IMG/VR virus record: IMGVR_UViG_3300020727_000077
Coordinates: 1-24,066 of that record
Source: a virus
Lineage: Duplodnaviria; Caudoviricetes
Reading direction: 5' to 3' (one strand)
DNA: 24,066 nucleotides
Shown: piece after piece, positions 9,168-16,353 of the stretch
Layout: the number at the start of each line of letters is the position of its first letter
Position numbering within the stretch: position 1 is the stretch's first letter
The notes under the pieces: model-generated
The model's input: only the letters and a program-made list of their open reading frames with translations
What the model was told of the DNA's origin: nothing
Databases searched by the model: none
Translations under genes and position numbers: made by a program

Positions 9168-9193
9168 ATTACAGGATAAAGTATTATTGTCAA
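9166..9193 (-). promoter_or_regulatory. sigma70-like promoter for the HTH-ParB-GT-HNH operon
   Basis: TTGACA (9193-9188), 16-nt spacer, TAATAT (9171-9166). Confidence 0.6.
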
Positions 9194-10164
9194 GCAACTA
9201 ATAGCTGTATTGCCTTTGCTTTAACCGCATTACCTGTGCCAAACCAAGTGCTATTTAATCTAGCATCCTGCGTTCTTGATGGCAGGTGATGGTCATAATA
9301 TTCCGTAACCGCATTTAACATTCCCCATTTAGTTTTTCCAACAAGTTCCGATCCTTTTGCTTCTCCGTCAAATAAATTAAGAATTTTTGCAAAACCTTTG
9401 GTTTTTCTAACCTCAAACATAGGATATTCCATGCTTAAAGGGGTTTCCATTAACCTTACAATAAAATCCTTTGCTGATTGACTGCTCATTTTTTGATTTT
9501 GCAAAAATTTACCCATTGCCATAAAAGCAGAGAATGACTCAACCGCTAACCCTAGTTTTGCTTTCATTAAGTTATGGTCAAATTCTCTAGAATGTGTAAA
9601 TGATACGCAGTCGGCACCATCGGCTGTAGCCATAGATAAAGTGTTGTTACAAACAACTCTAACCGAGGTAAACCTAGCAGTTGTAGCTAGTGACCTATCA
9701 CATGATGTTGAAAGCAACAAGAATCCACCTATTCCATCATCTTTGGTAATTTCACCGAATTTGCCAGTTTCCGCTAAAGCCCATAAGCGTTTACCGCCAA
9801 ATAAAGTTCCAGCAGTATGTAATTTAAAGCCTGATTCCTCAACTAAATCTTTAAAGAAATCAAGCACTTCAGTTGGTTGAACAGGCTTATAACGATCCGA
9901 AACAATAGACATTGGTGCTTTTGTATCACTACGATAAAGCACATTTTGTCCAGCAAAAGATTCTAAATTGTGATGTTCATTATCATCTTTAGTTTCAAAG
10001 TGAACTGGTGAAGATTCTAAACTCCAGTCCATTCCAGCAGCCTTTCTCCAAGTTGTCATGTCTGCATTTTGGTCAAGTTTCTGACCTAAGCTATGCCAAG
10101 GTGTTTCGCCTACAAAAGCCATTTCAGCGAATCCGTTTTCTCTAATTGTTAATTCATGTGCCAT
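9190..10164 (-). CDS. DUF932 family phage/plasmid protein
   Basis: MAFVGETPWHSLG, AGMDW, RYKPVQ, TAGTLFGGKRLWALA, RVVCNNTL and WGMLNAVTEYYDH motifs. Confidence 0.9.
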   Translation of the reverse strand: MAHELTIRENGFAEMAFVGETPWHSLGQKLDQNADMTTWRKAAGMDWSLESSPVHFETKDDNEHHNLESFAGQNVLYRSDTKAPMSIVSDRYKPVQPTEVLDFFKDLVEESGFKLHTAGTLFGGKRLWALAETGKFGEITKDDGIGGFLLLSTSCDRSLATTARFTSVRVVCNNTLSMATADGADCVSFTHSREFDHNLMKAKLGLAVESFSAFMAMGKFLQNQKMSSQSAKDFIVRLMETPLSMEYPMFEVRKTKGFAKILNLFDGEAKGSELVGKTKWGMLNAVTEYYDHHLPSRTQDARLNSTWFGTGNAVKAKAIQLLVA

Positions 10165-10166
10165 TT

Positions 10167-10280
10167 TTAAATCCTTTTCGTAAGATTAAATAAGTCAAGT
10201 ACTGATACATCCATAAAACCTATTGCAAACATAATTCCAAAGAAAGCCCCTAATAAGCAAGCAAAGATAAAATCTCTCAT
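10167..10280 (-). CDS. small membrane peptide (37 aa)
   Basis: Below the track cutoff. MRDFIFACLLGAFFGIMFAIGFMDVSVLDLFNLTKRI; ATGA-coupled to the upstream gene and fills the gap. Confidence 0.65.
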   Translation of the reverse strand: MRDFIFACLLGAFFGIMFAIGFMDVSVLDLFNLTKRI

Positions 10281-10444
10281 AATGTTTCATCCTCAAAAAG
10301 CTCACACCAGCTACGAACTTTGGAATCATATTGGTGTTGAATAACAGCAATAGTATTATCAAGACTGTCAAAAGCTGGAATTACCGCAACTTTTACTTTT
10401 CTTCCATTTTCAAGATAAAGCATGTAGTTTTTAGTAATTTCCAT
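10277..10444 (-). CDS. hypothetical protein
   Basis: ATG 10444 with GGAAGG RBS, 2 nt after the upstream stop. Confidence 0.65.
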   Translation of the reverse strand: MEITKNYMLYLENGRKVKVAVIPAFDSLDNTIAVIQHQYDSKVRSWCELFEDETL

Positions 10445-10446
10445 GA

Positions 10447-10638
10447 TTAAACCTTCCAATGGTTGATGGCGGAAGCGATTGCCATAGATTTATTAGGAGC
10501 AAAGTCAATTATTTGACCTTGATTAGCAATTACCCAAGCATTCCGTTTTTTAGCAACATAAAAAACATCGGATTCCTTGGTTGACATTAAAACCCTAAAA
10601 ACAGTTTTTGATACTGGGATTATTTGTAGATTTTGCAT
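10447..10638 (-). CDS. hypothetical early protein
   Basis: ATG 10638 with AAGGA RBS; first gene after the repeated promoter motif. Confidence 0.7.
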   Translation of the reverse strand: MQNLQIIPVSKTVFRVLMSTKESDVFYVAKKRNAWVIANQGQIIDFAPNKSMAIASAINHWKV

Positions 10639-10679
10639 TTTATTTCCTTTTTTCGTGTTATGGAATTGGTTTCCATACA

Positions 10680-10695
10680 AGTATTATATAACGAA
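10680..10695 (-). promoter_or_regulatory. early promoter motif, copy 1 (TTCGTTATATAATACT)
   Basis: 16-nt sequence identical to 13159-13174, containing a perfect TATAAT. Confidence 0.7.
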
Positions 10696-10765
10696 TCTCA
10701 TAGATTATTACGAACTAAATCAGTTTTTTAAAACTTTTTTGATTTATTTTTCTATGTGAAATGTA

Positions 10766-10841
10766 TGGTGGGGAGTAGCCACGAAAAGGTCGGTTCTTTA
10801 AGCCGAAGCAGATTATAGAGATGCCGCTCTTACTACCCCCC
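10766..10841 (-). ncRNA. tRNA-like 76-nt small RNA with ACCA end; candidate CI/C4-type antisense RNA
   Basis: GGGGGGUAGU pairs with GCUACUCCCC followed by ACCA; internal hairpins AGAG/CUCU and UCGG/CCGA; intergenic, after ssb; no canonical T-loop. Confidence 0.65.
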
Positions 10842-10849
10842 GTAGATGG

Positions 10850-10865
10850 GAGGGGTTTCCCCCTC
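10850..10865 (-). other. GNRA-tetraloop hairpin GAGGGG-GAAA-CCCCUC
   Basis: Perfect 6-bp stem between the ssb stop and the small RNA; no U tract. Confidence 0.6.
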
Positions 10866-10872
10866 GTAATTC

Positions 10873-11139
10873 CTAAAACGGTATATCGTCATCCTCAATA
10901 CTGTTAATTCCAGCACCGCTTGGCACAGGTTTACCAGTATTAGATTCTTTTGGTTTTGGCTCAAATAAAGATACCCAACCATCAAAACCTACAGGAATAG
11001 AATCTATTTTAATAGATAATTGACCTTTGTCGTTTTCAAAGCATACACCCATTTGATGCCATTTGGTCTTTTCTTCACCATTTCGGTCTTTGTAAGTGCC
11101 ATTTTTTGTTTTTACTTCATATTTTAAAACCGCCATCAT
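10873..11139 (-). CDS. short single-stranded DNA-binding protein
   Basis: YKDRNGEEKTKW motif and acidic SSB tail EDDDIPF; follows the exonuclease and annealase. Confidence 0.75.
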   Translation of the reverse strand: MMAVLKYEVKTKNGTYKDRNGEEKTKWHQMGVCFENDKGQLSIKIDSIPVGFDGWVSLFEPKPKESNTGKPVPSGAGINSIEDDDIPF

Positions 11140-11867
11140 TTTTCTCCTGAGAGGATTTTTAGTCTAGTTTCCACTTCTGCTAGAAACACTTTTACTGCTA
11201 ATTCCATATCGGCAATCGTATCGTTGCTTCTATGGCATCGCTTAACAAACAAACGACTCTTTTCAGGCACTCTAGGGTCAAAAGAAACAAAATCGCACCA
11301 TTCCCTATTTGTTACCCACATTTGGCATTGCATTTGTAAATAATAAGCACTAGGTACTTCATCATTCCAAATATAACTAAGATGCGTAGAGGTTTTTGGG
11401 CATTTTATTTCTATAAGCCCATCTTTACCTACCAAACCATCAGGGCTACATCCAACCCAAGCAATATTAGGATGTTTCCAAAACCCAGTTTTATCTACGA
11501 ATGTTTCACGGGAAACTTCGTATGCTTGTCTTGCTTGCGGTTCGGTTTGAGTCCCCCATTCCATATACTCATTTGTATAGCCATTATCATCAAGTTTTTT
11601 TGAGTATCGTTCCGCAACAATTTTTTCAATAAAGCTTTGTCTAGTTTTGGATGGTGCGTCTCCCCTACCTTTTTGCATTACTACACCAATATTGCTACCA
11701 GAAACATGACCAAGTTTTGCTAACCGCCACTCGTCAGAACCTTGCTCAAGCAGTCTTTCTGGGTATTCAAGGGTAACCATGCCAGCAAACGGAATAGGTT
11801 CTATATTGGCGGTAAAAGAACCATCCTTTTCGGCAATAATTCTGTCATCAGTAGTAAAAGTTGTCAT
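11136..11867 (-). CDS. YqaJ / lambda-exonuclease family recombination nuclease
   Basis: EQGSDEW, MEWGTQTEPQAR, CSPDGLV, IEIKCP, QMQCQMWV and WCDFVSFDPR motifs. Confidence 0.93.
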   Translation of the reverse strand: MTTFTTDDRIIAEKDGSFTANIEPIPFAGMVTLEYPERLLEQGSDEWRLAKLGHVSGSNIGVVMQKGRGDAPSKTRQSFIEKIVAERYSKKLDDNGYTNEYMEWGTQTEPQARQAYEVSRETFVDKTGFWKHPNIAWVGCSPDGLVGKDGLIEIKCPKTSTHLSYIWNDEVPSAYYLQMQCQMWVTNREWCDFVSFDPRVPEKSRLFVKRCHRSNDTIADMELAVKVFLAEVETRLKILSGEK

Positions 11868-12103
11868 TTTCTTGCTTTCATCATTGCGTCAGCAAATTGA
11901 TAAGCAGTATTGGCAATCAATTCTTGATAATTTTTATCTGCTTGAAAATTGCTAGTTTTGTAAGTGTCATCATTTTCTTCGCTTGAATGGTAATTTTCCC
12001 AAACTTTAAAAGCCAATGGCATAGCTTTAGCCGCAAAGTAATCACGCAAACCCATTCCGTTATGTTCAGGATTGAATGTAGGGTTATATGGAAATGCTTT
12101 CAT
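11864..12103 (-). CDS. conserved phage hypothetical protein
   Basis: AFP...GMGLRDYFAAKAM...AYQFADAMMKAR pattern common in lambdoid early regions. Confidence 0.8.
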   Translation of the reverse strand: MKAFPYNPTFNPEHNGMGLRDYFAAKAMPLAFKVWENYHSSEENDDTYKTSNFQADKNYQELIANTAYQFADAMMKARK

Positions 12104-12640
12104 TTATGCCCCCAATTCTTGTTTGCGTTTGTCTTTTACCACTTCTAGTTGTCGTAATGCTGATGGGTCATTTGCAACTTGCTTACAAGCCTGTATATAC
12201 ACAGTCTTTAAATCATCCAAAGTGGTGGCATTTTCTATGTCGAACAATAATTTTTGGACAGTATTAGGATCAACTGGATCCTCGCTTGGCAAATCCTCTC
12301 CAGCATAAATATATAAGCCAATTCCAAAAAGTGCTATTGTTTTGACCAAACAGCGTTGCATTGCAGTATTTACATCCATAGCATTTGGATTAGGAATTGC
12401 TTTGTTTTGGTTATTAATTACTGGCATTTGACAAGTCATAGATTTGCCAAAAGCGGTAACTGTGCAATAAACCATAAGCGATTCTGCAAAATAAGTAGGC
12501 TCTCCAAAAACCCAAGTTGCTGTTGGATCATTCTCTAAAAGCTGATCTACCGCCCATGTCCAAGAAAGATATGTAAACCGACCCTTTTTTTCTGTGTGTT
12601 CGTTTACATTAATTTTGCGTAACTCAATAAATGTTTTCAT
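12104..12640 (-). CDS. Sak-type (DUF1071, Rad52-like) single-strand annealing protein
   Basis: INVNEHTEKKGRFTYLSWTWA, VNTAMQRCLVKTIALFGIGLYIYAGEDLP. Confidence 0.9.
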   Translation of the reverse strand: MKTFIELRKINVNEHTEKKGRFTYLSWTWAVDQLLENDPTATWVFGEPTYFAESLMVYCTVTAFGKSMTCQMPVINNQNKAIPNPNAMDVNTAMQRCLVKTIALFGIGLYIYAGEDLPSEDPVDPNTVQKLLFDIENATTLDDLKTVYIQACKQVANDPSALRQLEVVKDKRKQELGA

Positions 12641-12650
12641 GTCTTATCCT

Positions 12651-12812
12651 TTATAAAAAATCTATATCATTAACTTCAAGTCGTATAAATTCAGCTATTT
12701 CCTTTCGGTCACCAAGATTAAGCTCGTCAATCTTAATAAAAGCTGCTTCCTGAGTATCAGCCTCAATAACAAAGGTAATTTGGGCAGTTTCTGTAATTAT
12801 GTAAGTAGCCAT
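12651..12812 (-). CDS. small acidic hypothetical protein (53 aa)
   Basis: Below the track cutoff. MATYIITETAQITFVIEADTQEAAFIKIDELNLGDRKEIAEFIRLEVNDIDFL; AGGTGA RBS; fills the gap. Confidence 0.7.
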   Translation of the reverse strand: MATYIITETAQITFVIEADTQEAAFIKIDELNLGDRKEIAEFIRLEVNDIDFL

Positions 12813-12813
12813 C

Positions 12814-13113
12814 TTAATCACCTAATCCAGAGTTGTATTCATCAATGGCATGGGATTCAGCAAATTTTTCCATATATTCATGGCTAATATAATACAACTT
12901 GCGACCTAATGCTTCCCAGTTGCCTTGATTTACAAAGTCAATAATAGTTGCTTGGTCATCTGGATTTGCTTCAGAAATTGCTTCTGCTAGATGATGAACT
13001 AAAGCTGGATCATATTCTTTAGTATTTAACAATTCAGCAGTTCTGTGGTCAATAAAGTCTCCAGAATCATCATCCTCTGGTTCGTAATAAGCATCTTCTC
13101 TATTCATTCCCAT
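12814..13113 (-). CDS. acidic hypothetical early protein
   Basis: First gene of the leftward operon; GGGAG RBS; DAYYEPEDDD N-terminus. Confidence 0.8.
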   Translation of the reverse strand: MGMNREDAYYEPEDDDSGDFIDHRTAELLNTKEYDPALVHHLAEAISEANPDDQATIIDFVNQGNWEALGRKLYYISHEYMEKFAESHAIDEYNSGLGD

Positions 13114-13158
13114 TTTATTTCTCCCTTTTCATGGTAGGCTACTAAATTGTAACCTAGT

Positions 13159-13174
13159 AGTATTATATAACGAA
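13159..13174 (-). promoter_or_regulatory. early promoter motif, copy 2 (TTCGTTATATAATACT)
   Basis: Identical to 10680-10695; lies in the divergent intergenic region. Confidence 0.7.
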
Positions 13175-13182
13175 ACTAGAAA

Positions 13183-13548
13183 ATGTATACCTTTTTTATT
13201 CCATATCCACCATCCGTAAATTCCTATTGGGGTTTTAAAGGTCACAGAAGATTTCTTACACCTAAAGCTAATGAATTTAAATCGTCAGTAGCTCAAATAG
13301 TGAGCTTAAATAAAATAAATCTTGGTACTGCCAGATTGCAAATTGAAATAATTTTGTACGCAACAGATAAAAGAATTCGTGATATAGACAATTCAATAAA
13401 GTCATGCCTTGATGCACTTGTTCAAGCTAGTGCGTTTGCTGACGACTCACAAGTGGATGTTTTGACTGTAAAGCGTGGTGAAGTCATTAAAGGAGGTAAA
13501 GCAAAAATAATTTTAAAAGTATTACACTTTCCTAAAATTGATATATAA
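13183..13548 (+). CDS. rusA: RusA-family Holliday junction resolvase
   Basis: PYPPSVNSYW, DKRIRDIDNSIKSCLDAL and FADDSQV catalytic motifs. Confidence 0.92.
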   Translation: MYTFFIPYPPSVNSYWGFKGHRRFLTPKANEFKSSVAQIVSLNKINLGTARLQIEIILYATDKRIRDIDNSIKSCLDALVQASAFADDSQVDVLTVKRGEVIKGGKAKIILKVLHFPKIDI

Positions 13549-13555
13549 TAGTTCT

Positions 13556-13634
13556 TGTAGGGCTAGGTTCATTACCGAAAAATCGCTTCATCGCCGATTG
13601 CCCTACATTTTTTGTGATGCCTTTGATGAAAGGA
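13556..13634 (+). promoter_or_regulatory. structured 5' leader / attenuator of the replication initiator
   Basis: TATAAT at 13544-13549. TGTAGGGC/GCCCTACA stem enclosing two sub-hairpins, followed by T6; loops complementary to the RBS-proximal sequence. Confidence 0.65.
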
Positions 13635-13637
13635 TTT

Positions 13638-14390
13638 ATGAATTACTATCCGTTTCATATTGGGGATTATATTTCCCATACTAGCCACCTTACGGATGAG
13701 GAAGATTTGGCATATCGCAGAATGATTGATCTTTATTATCATTCCGAACAACCTTTTCCAGATGAATTTTTTGTCGCTAGGCGAGTTAAATCCAATCCAG
13801 CAGTAGCTTTAATTTTGCTACAAGAATTTTTTGAGTTACAGGATGACGGTTGGCATAACAAGCGTGCAGACGAGGAAATTGCCAAATATCAAGCCAAAGC
13901 TGATTCCGCTAGAAATGCAAACAGAATTAAATCAGAAAAGCATTCAATTCTGAAATCAACTCTGGAATCAGAACCGAATCAGCTCCTAACCAATAACCAA
14001 AAACCAATAACCAATAACCATATTAAAAACATAGACCCACCAGACGGTGTGTCTGTTGATTTATGGAAAGATTTTTTGGTTTACAGGAAACGGATGAAGT
14101 CTCCAGTAACCCCTAGAGTATTAGCCAGACTTATTAAAGAAGCTGATATAGCAAAAATGTCCTTATCCGATGTTTTAGAAACCATTATTTTTAAGGGTTG
14201 GAAATCTTTTGATGCCTCTTGGGTTGCTCAAAAACAATCAGGTAGTGCCCCACAATCTAACCAAGCATGGAGAACTAATGACAATTTAATGATTGCTAAA
14301 GCTAACGAATTGGGCTTGCATACAGTAGGACTACAACGATTCGAAATTATTAACAAGATAGACGCTACTTTAAGGAGCAGAGGATTATGA
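13638..14390 (+). CDS. DUF1376 (YdaU-like) replication initiator
   Basis: MNYYPFHIGDYISHTSHL...AYRRMIDLYY...WHNKRADEEI; C-terminal WKDFLVYRK...GWKSF. Start at ATG 13638 with AAGGA RBS (track start is GTG 13614). Confidence 0.85.
   Translation: MNYYPFHIGDYISHTSHLTDEEDLAYRRMIDLYYHSEQPFPDEFFVARRVKSNPAVALILLQEFFELQDDGWHNKRADEEIAKYQAKADSARNANRIKSEKHSILKSTLESEPNQLLTNNQKPITNNHIKNIDPPDGVSVDLWKDFLVYRKRMKSPVTPRVLARLIKEADIAKMSLSDVLETIIFKGWKSFDASWVAQKQSGSAPQSNQAWRTNDNLMIAKANELGLHTVGLQRFEIINKIDATLRSRGL
13949..14020. repeat. putative replication origin repeats inside the initiator gene
   Basis: Three imperfect ~12-nt GAAATCA/GAATCAG units (13949-13984), then five 7-nt (T/A)AACCAA units, the last truncated (13987-14020). 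Confidence 0.6.
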
Positions 14391-14638
14391 CAAAAAAAGA
14401 TAGGCAACAGTTGGAATATGACATTTATTATGCTTGCGAATGTTTAGATGAAGTTTTTGCAATGATCCAAGTTGTTCGTGATTTGTTTGAACAAGACACA
14501 AGCACAGAAATAAATAAGTGGAAAGTTCGCAAAAGTTTAGGCGGTATTATGTCTTTGCTAATAGATATTCAATGCAATCTAGAACAGTCTATAGAAAATA
14601 AAACAGTAGAAAAGGAAGATGACGATGGTAGATGCTGA
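14387..14638 (+). CDS. hypothetical protein
   Basis: ATGA-coupled to the initiator; GAGGA RBS. Confidence 0.75.
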   Translation: MTKKDRQQLEYDIYYACECLDEVFAMIQVVRDLFEQDTSTEINKWKVRKSLGGIMSLLIDIQCNLEQSIENKTVEKEDDDGRC

Positions 14639-14963
14639 TATTTCCCCATTTAAAGCCTTAGATTTTATTAGGGATAATGCTCAAAAATTAGGCAATTTAA
14701 AAGGTGCGGTATACGCACATACTGAGCTTAGAAAAACTAAAAAAGCTAGACTTATGCTAATGGCTAAAGATTTAAAAACACAATCCGAAAAGGAGGCTTA
14801 CGCTTATGCACAAGAAAGCTATGAACAACATATTTTAGATACTGAAGAACTTATTGCTATGTATGAAACATTGCGTGTTTTAATGTTGGCGGCTGAATCT
14901 AAAATTGAAGTTTGGAGATCATTGGAATCTACCGCTAGAGCAGAAGGAAAATCTACCCAATGA
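14619..14963 (+). CDS. conserved helical phage hypothetical protein
   Basis: KEAYAYA...KIEVWRSLES pattern; operon packing. Confidence 0.8.
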   Translation: MTMVDADISPFKALDFIRDNAQKLGNLKGAVYAHTELRKTKKARLMLMAKDLKTQSEKEAYAYAQESYEQHILDTEELIAMYETLRVLMLAAESKIEVWRSLESTARAEGKSTQ

Positions 14964-15310
14964 ACGCAAATGAACCAGTAGCGTGGATTGCAGTAGGCGA
15001 TAACACAAGTGTATTTTTTGATTTAGATTGTGCTTTATCTATTGATGACAACCCAACACCACTTTACACCCATCCAGAAAAAGAACTAGACGAACAGTTT
15101 AAAAAAGGTTTTGAAGCTGGCAAAGAAGAAGGTTGGAAAGCCCATAAGTTTCACCATCCAGCAAAAACACTAACAATTAGCGATAGGGATATTTTAAAAA
15201 TAATTCACGATAAATTTACTAAGTTTGGTTTTGAAGCAGATTACATCGTGGAAGATACCGAATTAATTGATTTTGTTAGAGCAATACTAAGAAAGGCACA
15301 AGAGAAATGA
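14960..15310 (+). CDS. modular nin/Ea-region protein (EPVAW...PLYTHP), copy 1
   Basis: Shares N-terminal, central and C-terminal boxes with the next gene. Confidence 0.8.
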   Translation: MNANEPVAWIAVGDNTSVFFDLDCALSIDDNPTPLYTHPEKELDEQFKKGFEAGKEEGWKAHKFHHPAKTLTISDRDILKIIHDKFTKFGFEADYIVEDTELIDFVRAILRKAQEK

Positions 15311-15736
15311 AAAATGAACCAGTAGCGTGGATGTTTGAAAAAGATGGTGCATATATGTGCATTAAACACGACAGCAGAGTTAATTATGATGGCGGTATTC
15401 CACTCTACACCCATTTAGCAAAGACACTAAGGCATGAAAATCACGATTTGGATAGAGGTGCTTGGACTGTTGGACAAACAGAATCACAAGAATTTATTGA
15501 GTCATCCGATTTTAACCATGATGTACGGCTTTATCTAAATGGTGATTTTGAAACTGACGCACAACGACTAAATTATTTACAGCATATTGCAGATAGACTT
15601 AATACCCATCCAGCAAAGACACTAACAGATGAGGAAATAATCAAAGTATATGAAGATATGCTTGGAGTTGCGTCTGCTAGAAGTTCTGCTATTGACTTTG
15701 CTAGAGCAATACTAAGAAAGGCACAAGAGAAATGAA
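15277..15736 (+). repeat. 35-nt exact direct repeat at gene ends
   Basis: TAGAGCAATACTAAGAAAGGCACAAGAGAAATGAA at 15277-15311 and 15702-15736; a second 21-nt repeat AAATGAACCAGTAGCGTGGAT at 14968-14988 and 15312-15332. Confidence 0.9.
15307..15735 (+). CDS. modular nin/Ea-region protein (EPVAW...PLYTH), copy 2
   Basis: Same boxes as copy 1 with different inserts. Confidence 0.8.
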   Translation: MKNEPVAWMFEKDGAYMCIKHDSRVNYDGGIPLYTHLAKTLRHENHDLDRGAWTVGQTESQEFIESSDFNHDVRLYLNGDFETDAQRLNYLQHIADRLNTHPAKTLTDEEIIKVYEDMLGVASARSSAIDFARAILRKAQEK

Positions 15737-15896
15737 CGCAGAACTATATCTTGCACTGCAAAAAACTTTAAAAGCTTATCACGATGCTAGCCTAAAGAAT
15801 AATACTCAACAAGCCTATGAATTAAGTATTGACCTTGTGGAATTAGCACAATGTTTAGAAGAATATTCTTGCGATGCGAATAAATCTAAGTCCTGA
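15732..15896 (+). CDS. hypothetical protein (54 aa)
   Basis: Below the track cutoff. MNAELYLALQKTLKAYHDASLKNNTQQAYELSIDLVELAQCLEEYSCDANKSKS; ATGA-coupled. Confidence 0.7.
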   Translation: MNAELYLALQKTLKAYHDASLKNNTQQAYELSIDLVELAQCLEEYSCDANKSKS

Positions 15897-16353
15897 AGAA
15901 CTAAGGGTTGTTAAATTTATTGGAAAAGCTCGTAGGGATAATGCACAGAAATTTAATAAAGATAAGCAAATATTGCAACAAGACCCTTATCAACTAGACA
16001 TAGATGGTTTTATGGGTGAATTTATAGTGGCTAAAGCATTTAATTTAATGCCAGATTTTGAATTAAGCCAAAAAAAGAAGCCTTACGATTTAATAGATAG
16101 TGATGGACTAAAAATAGATGTTAAATCTAGTAGGATAGATAATATAAAGCTAAGAGTTGCGGAATATCACGATAAAAGCCCTTGCGATATTTATGTTCTT
16201 TGTATAGTAGATGATCTTGGCGGTGATATTCGTTGTTGGGGTGCTTGGAACTTTATTAAAAACAATGCTTATAAAGAACAATTCAATGATAGATTTGGCA
16301 AAATTTCCACTTGTTATGCTATAAGTCAGCATTTATTGAATAAATATGAATAA
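15874..16353 (+). CDS. putative PD-(D/E)XK-fold nuclease
   Basis: GFMGEFIVAK...PYDL...KIDVKSS matches the E...D...DxK signature. Confidence 0.6.
   Translation: MRINLSPEELRVVKFIGKARRDNAQKFNKDKQILQQDPYQLDIDGFMGEFIVAKAFNLMPDFELSQKKKPYDLIDSDGLKIDVKSSRIDNIKLRVAEYHDKSPCDIYVLCIVDDLGGDIRCWGAWNFIKNNAYKEQFNDRFGKISTCYAISQHLLNKYE

Noticed and set aside
10766-10841. Canonical tRNA-Lys(CTT)
   Set aside because: Length and ACCA end fit and CTT falls at positions 34-36, but U8, U33 and the TTC T-loop are missing and the T-stem does not pair. Kept as a tRNA-like ncRNA.
7100-12538. Track ORFs 7100..7300, 7258..7464, 8961..9179, 9641..9880, 10577..10759, 11382..11603, 12072..12308, 12356..12538
   Set aside because: They overlap well-supported minus-strand genes or promoter DNA and have no protein-like features.
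13556-13613. Hammerhead ribozyme
   Set aside because: Three-way junction with GAAA, but no CUGANGA core.
14960-15740. CRISPR array or DGR template/variable repeats
   Set aside because: The repeats are in-frame coding boxes with irregular spacing, show no adenine-specific variation, and no cas or reverse transcriptase gene is present.
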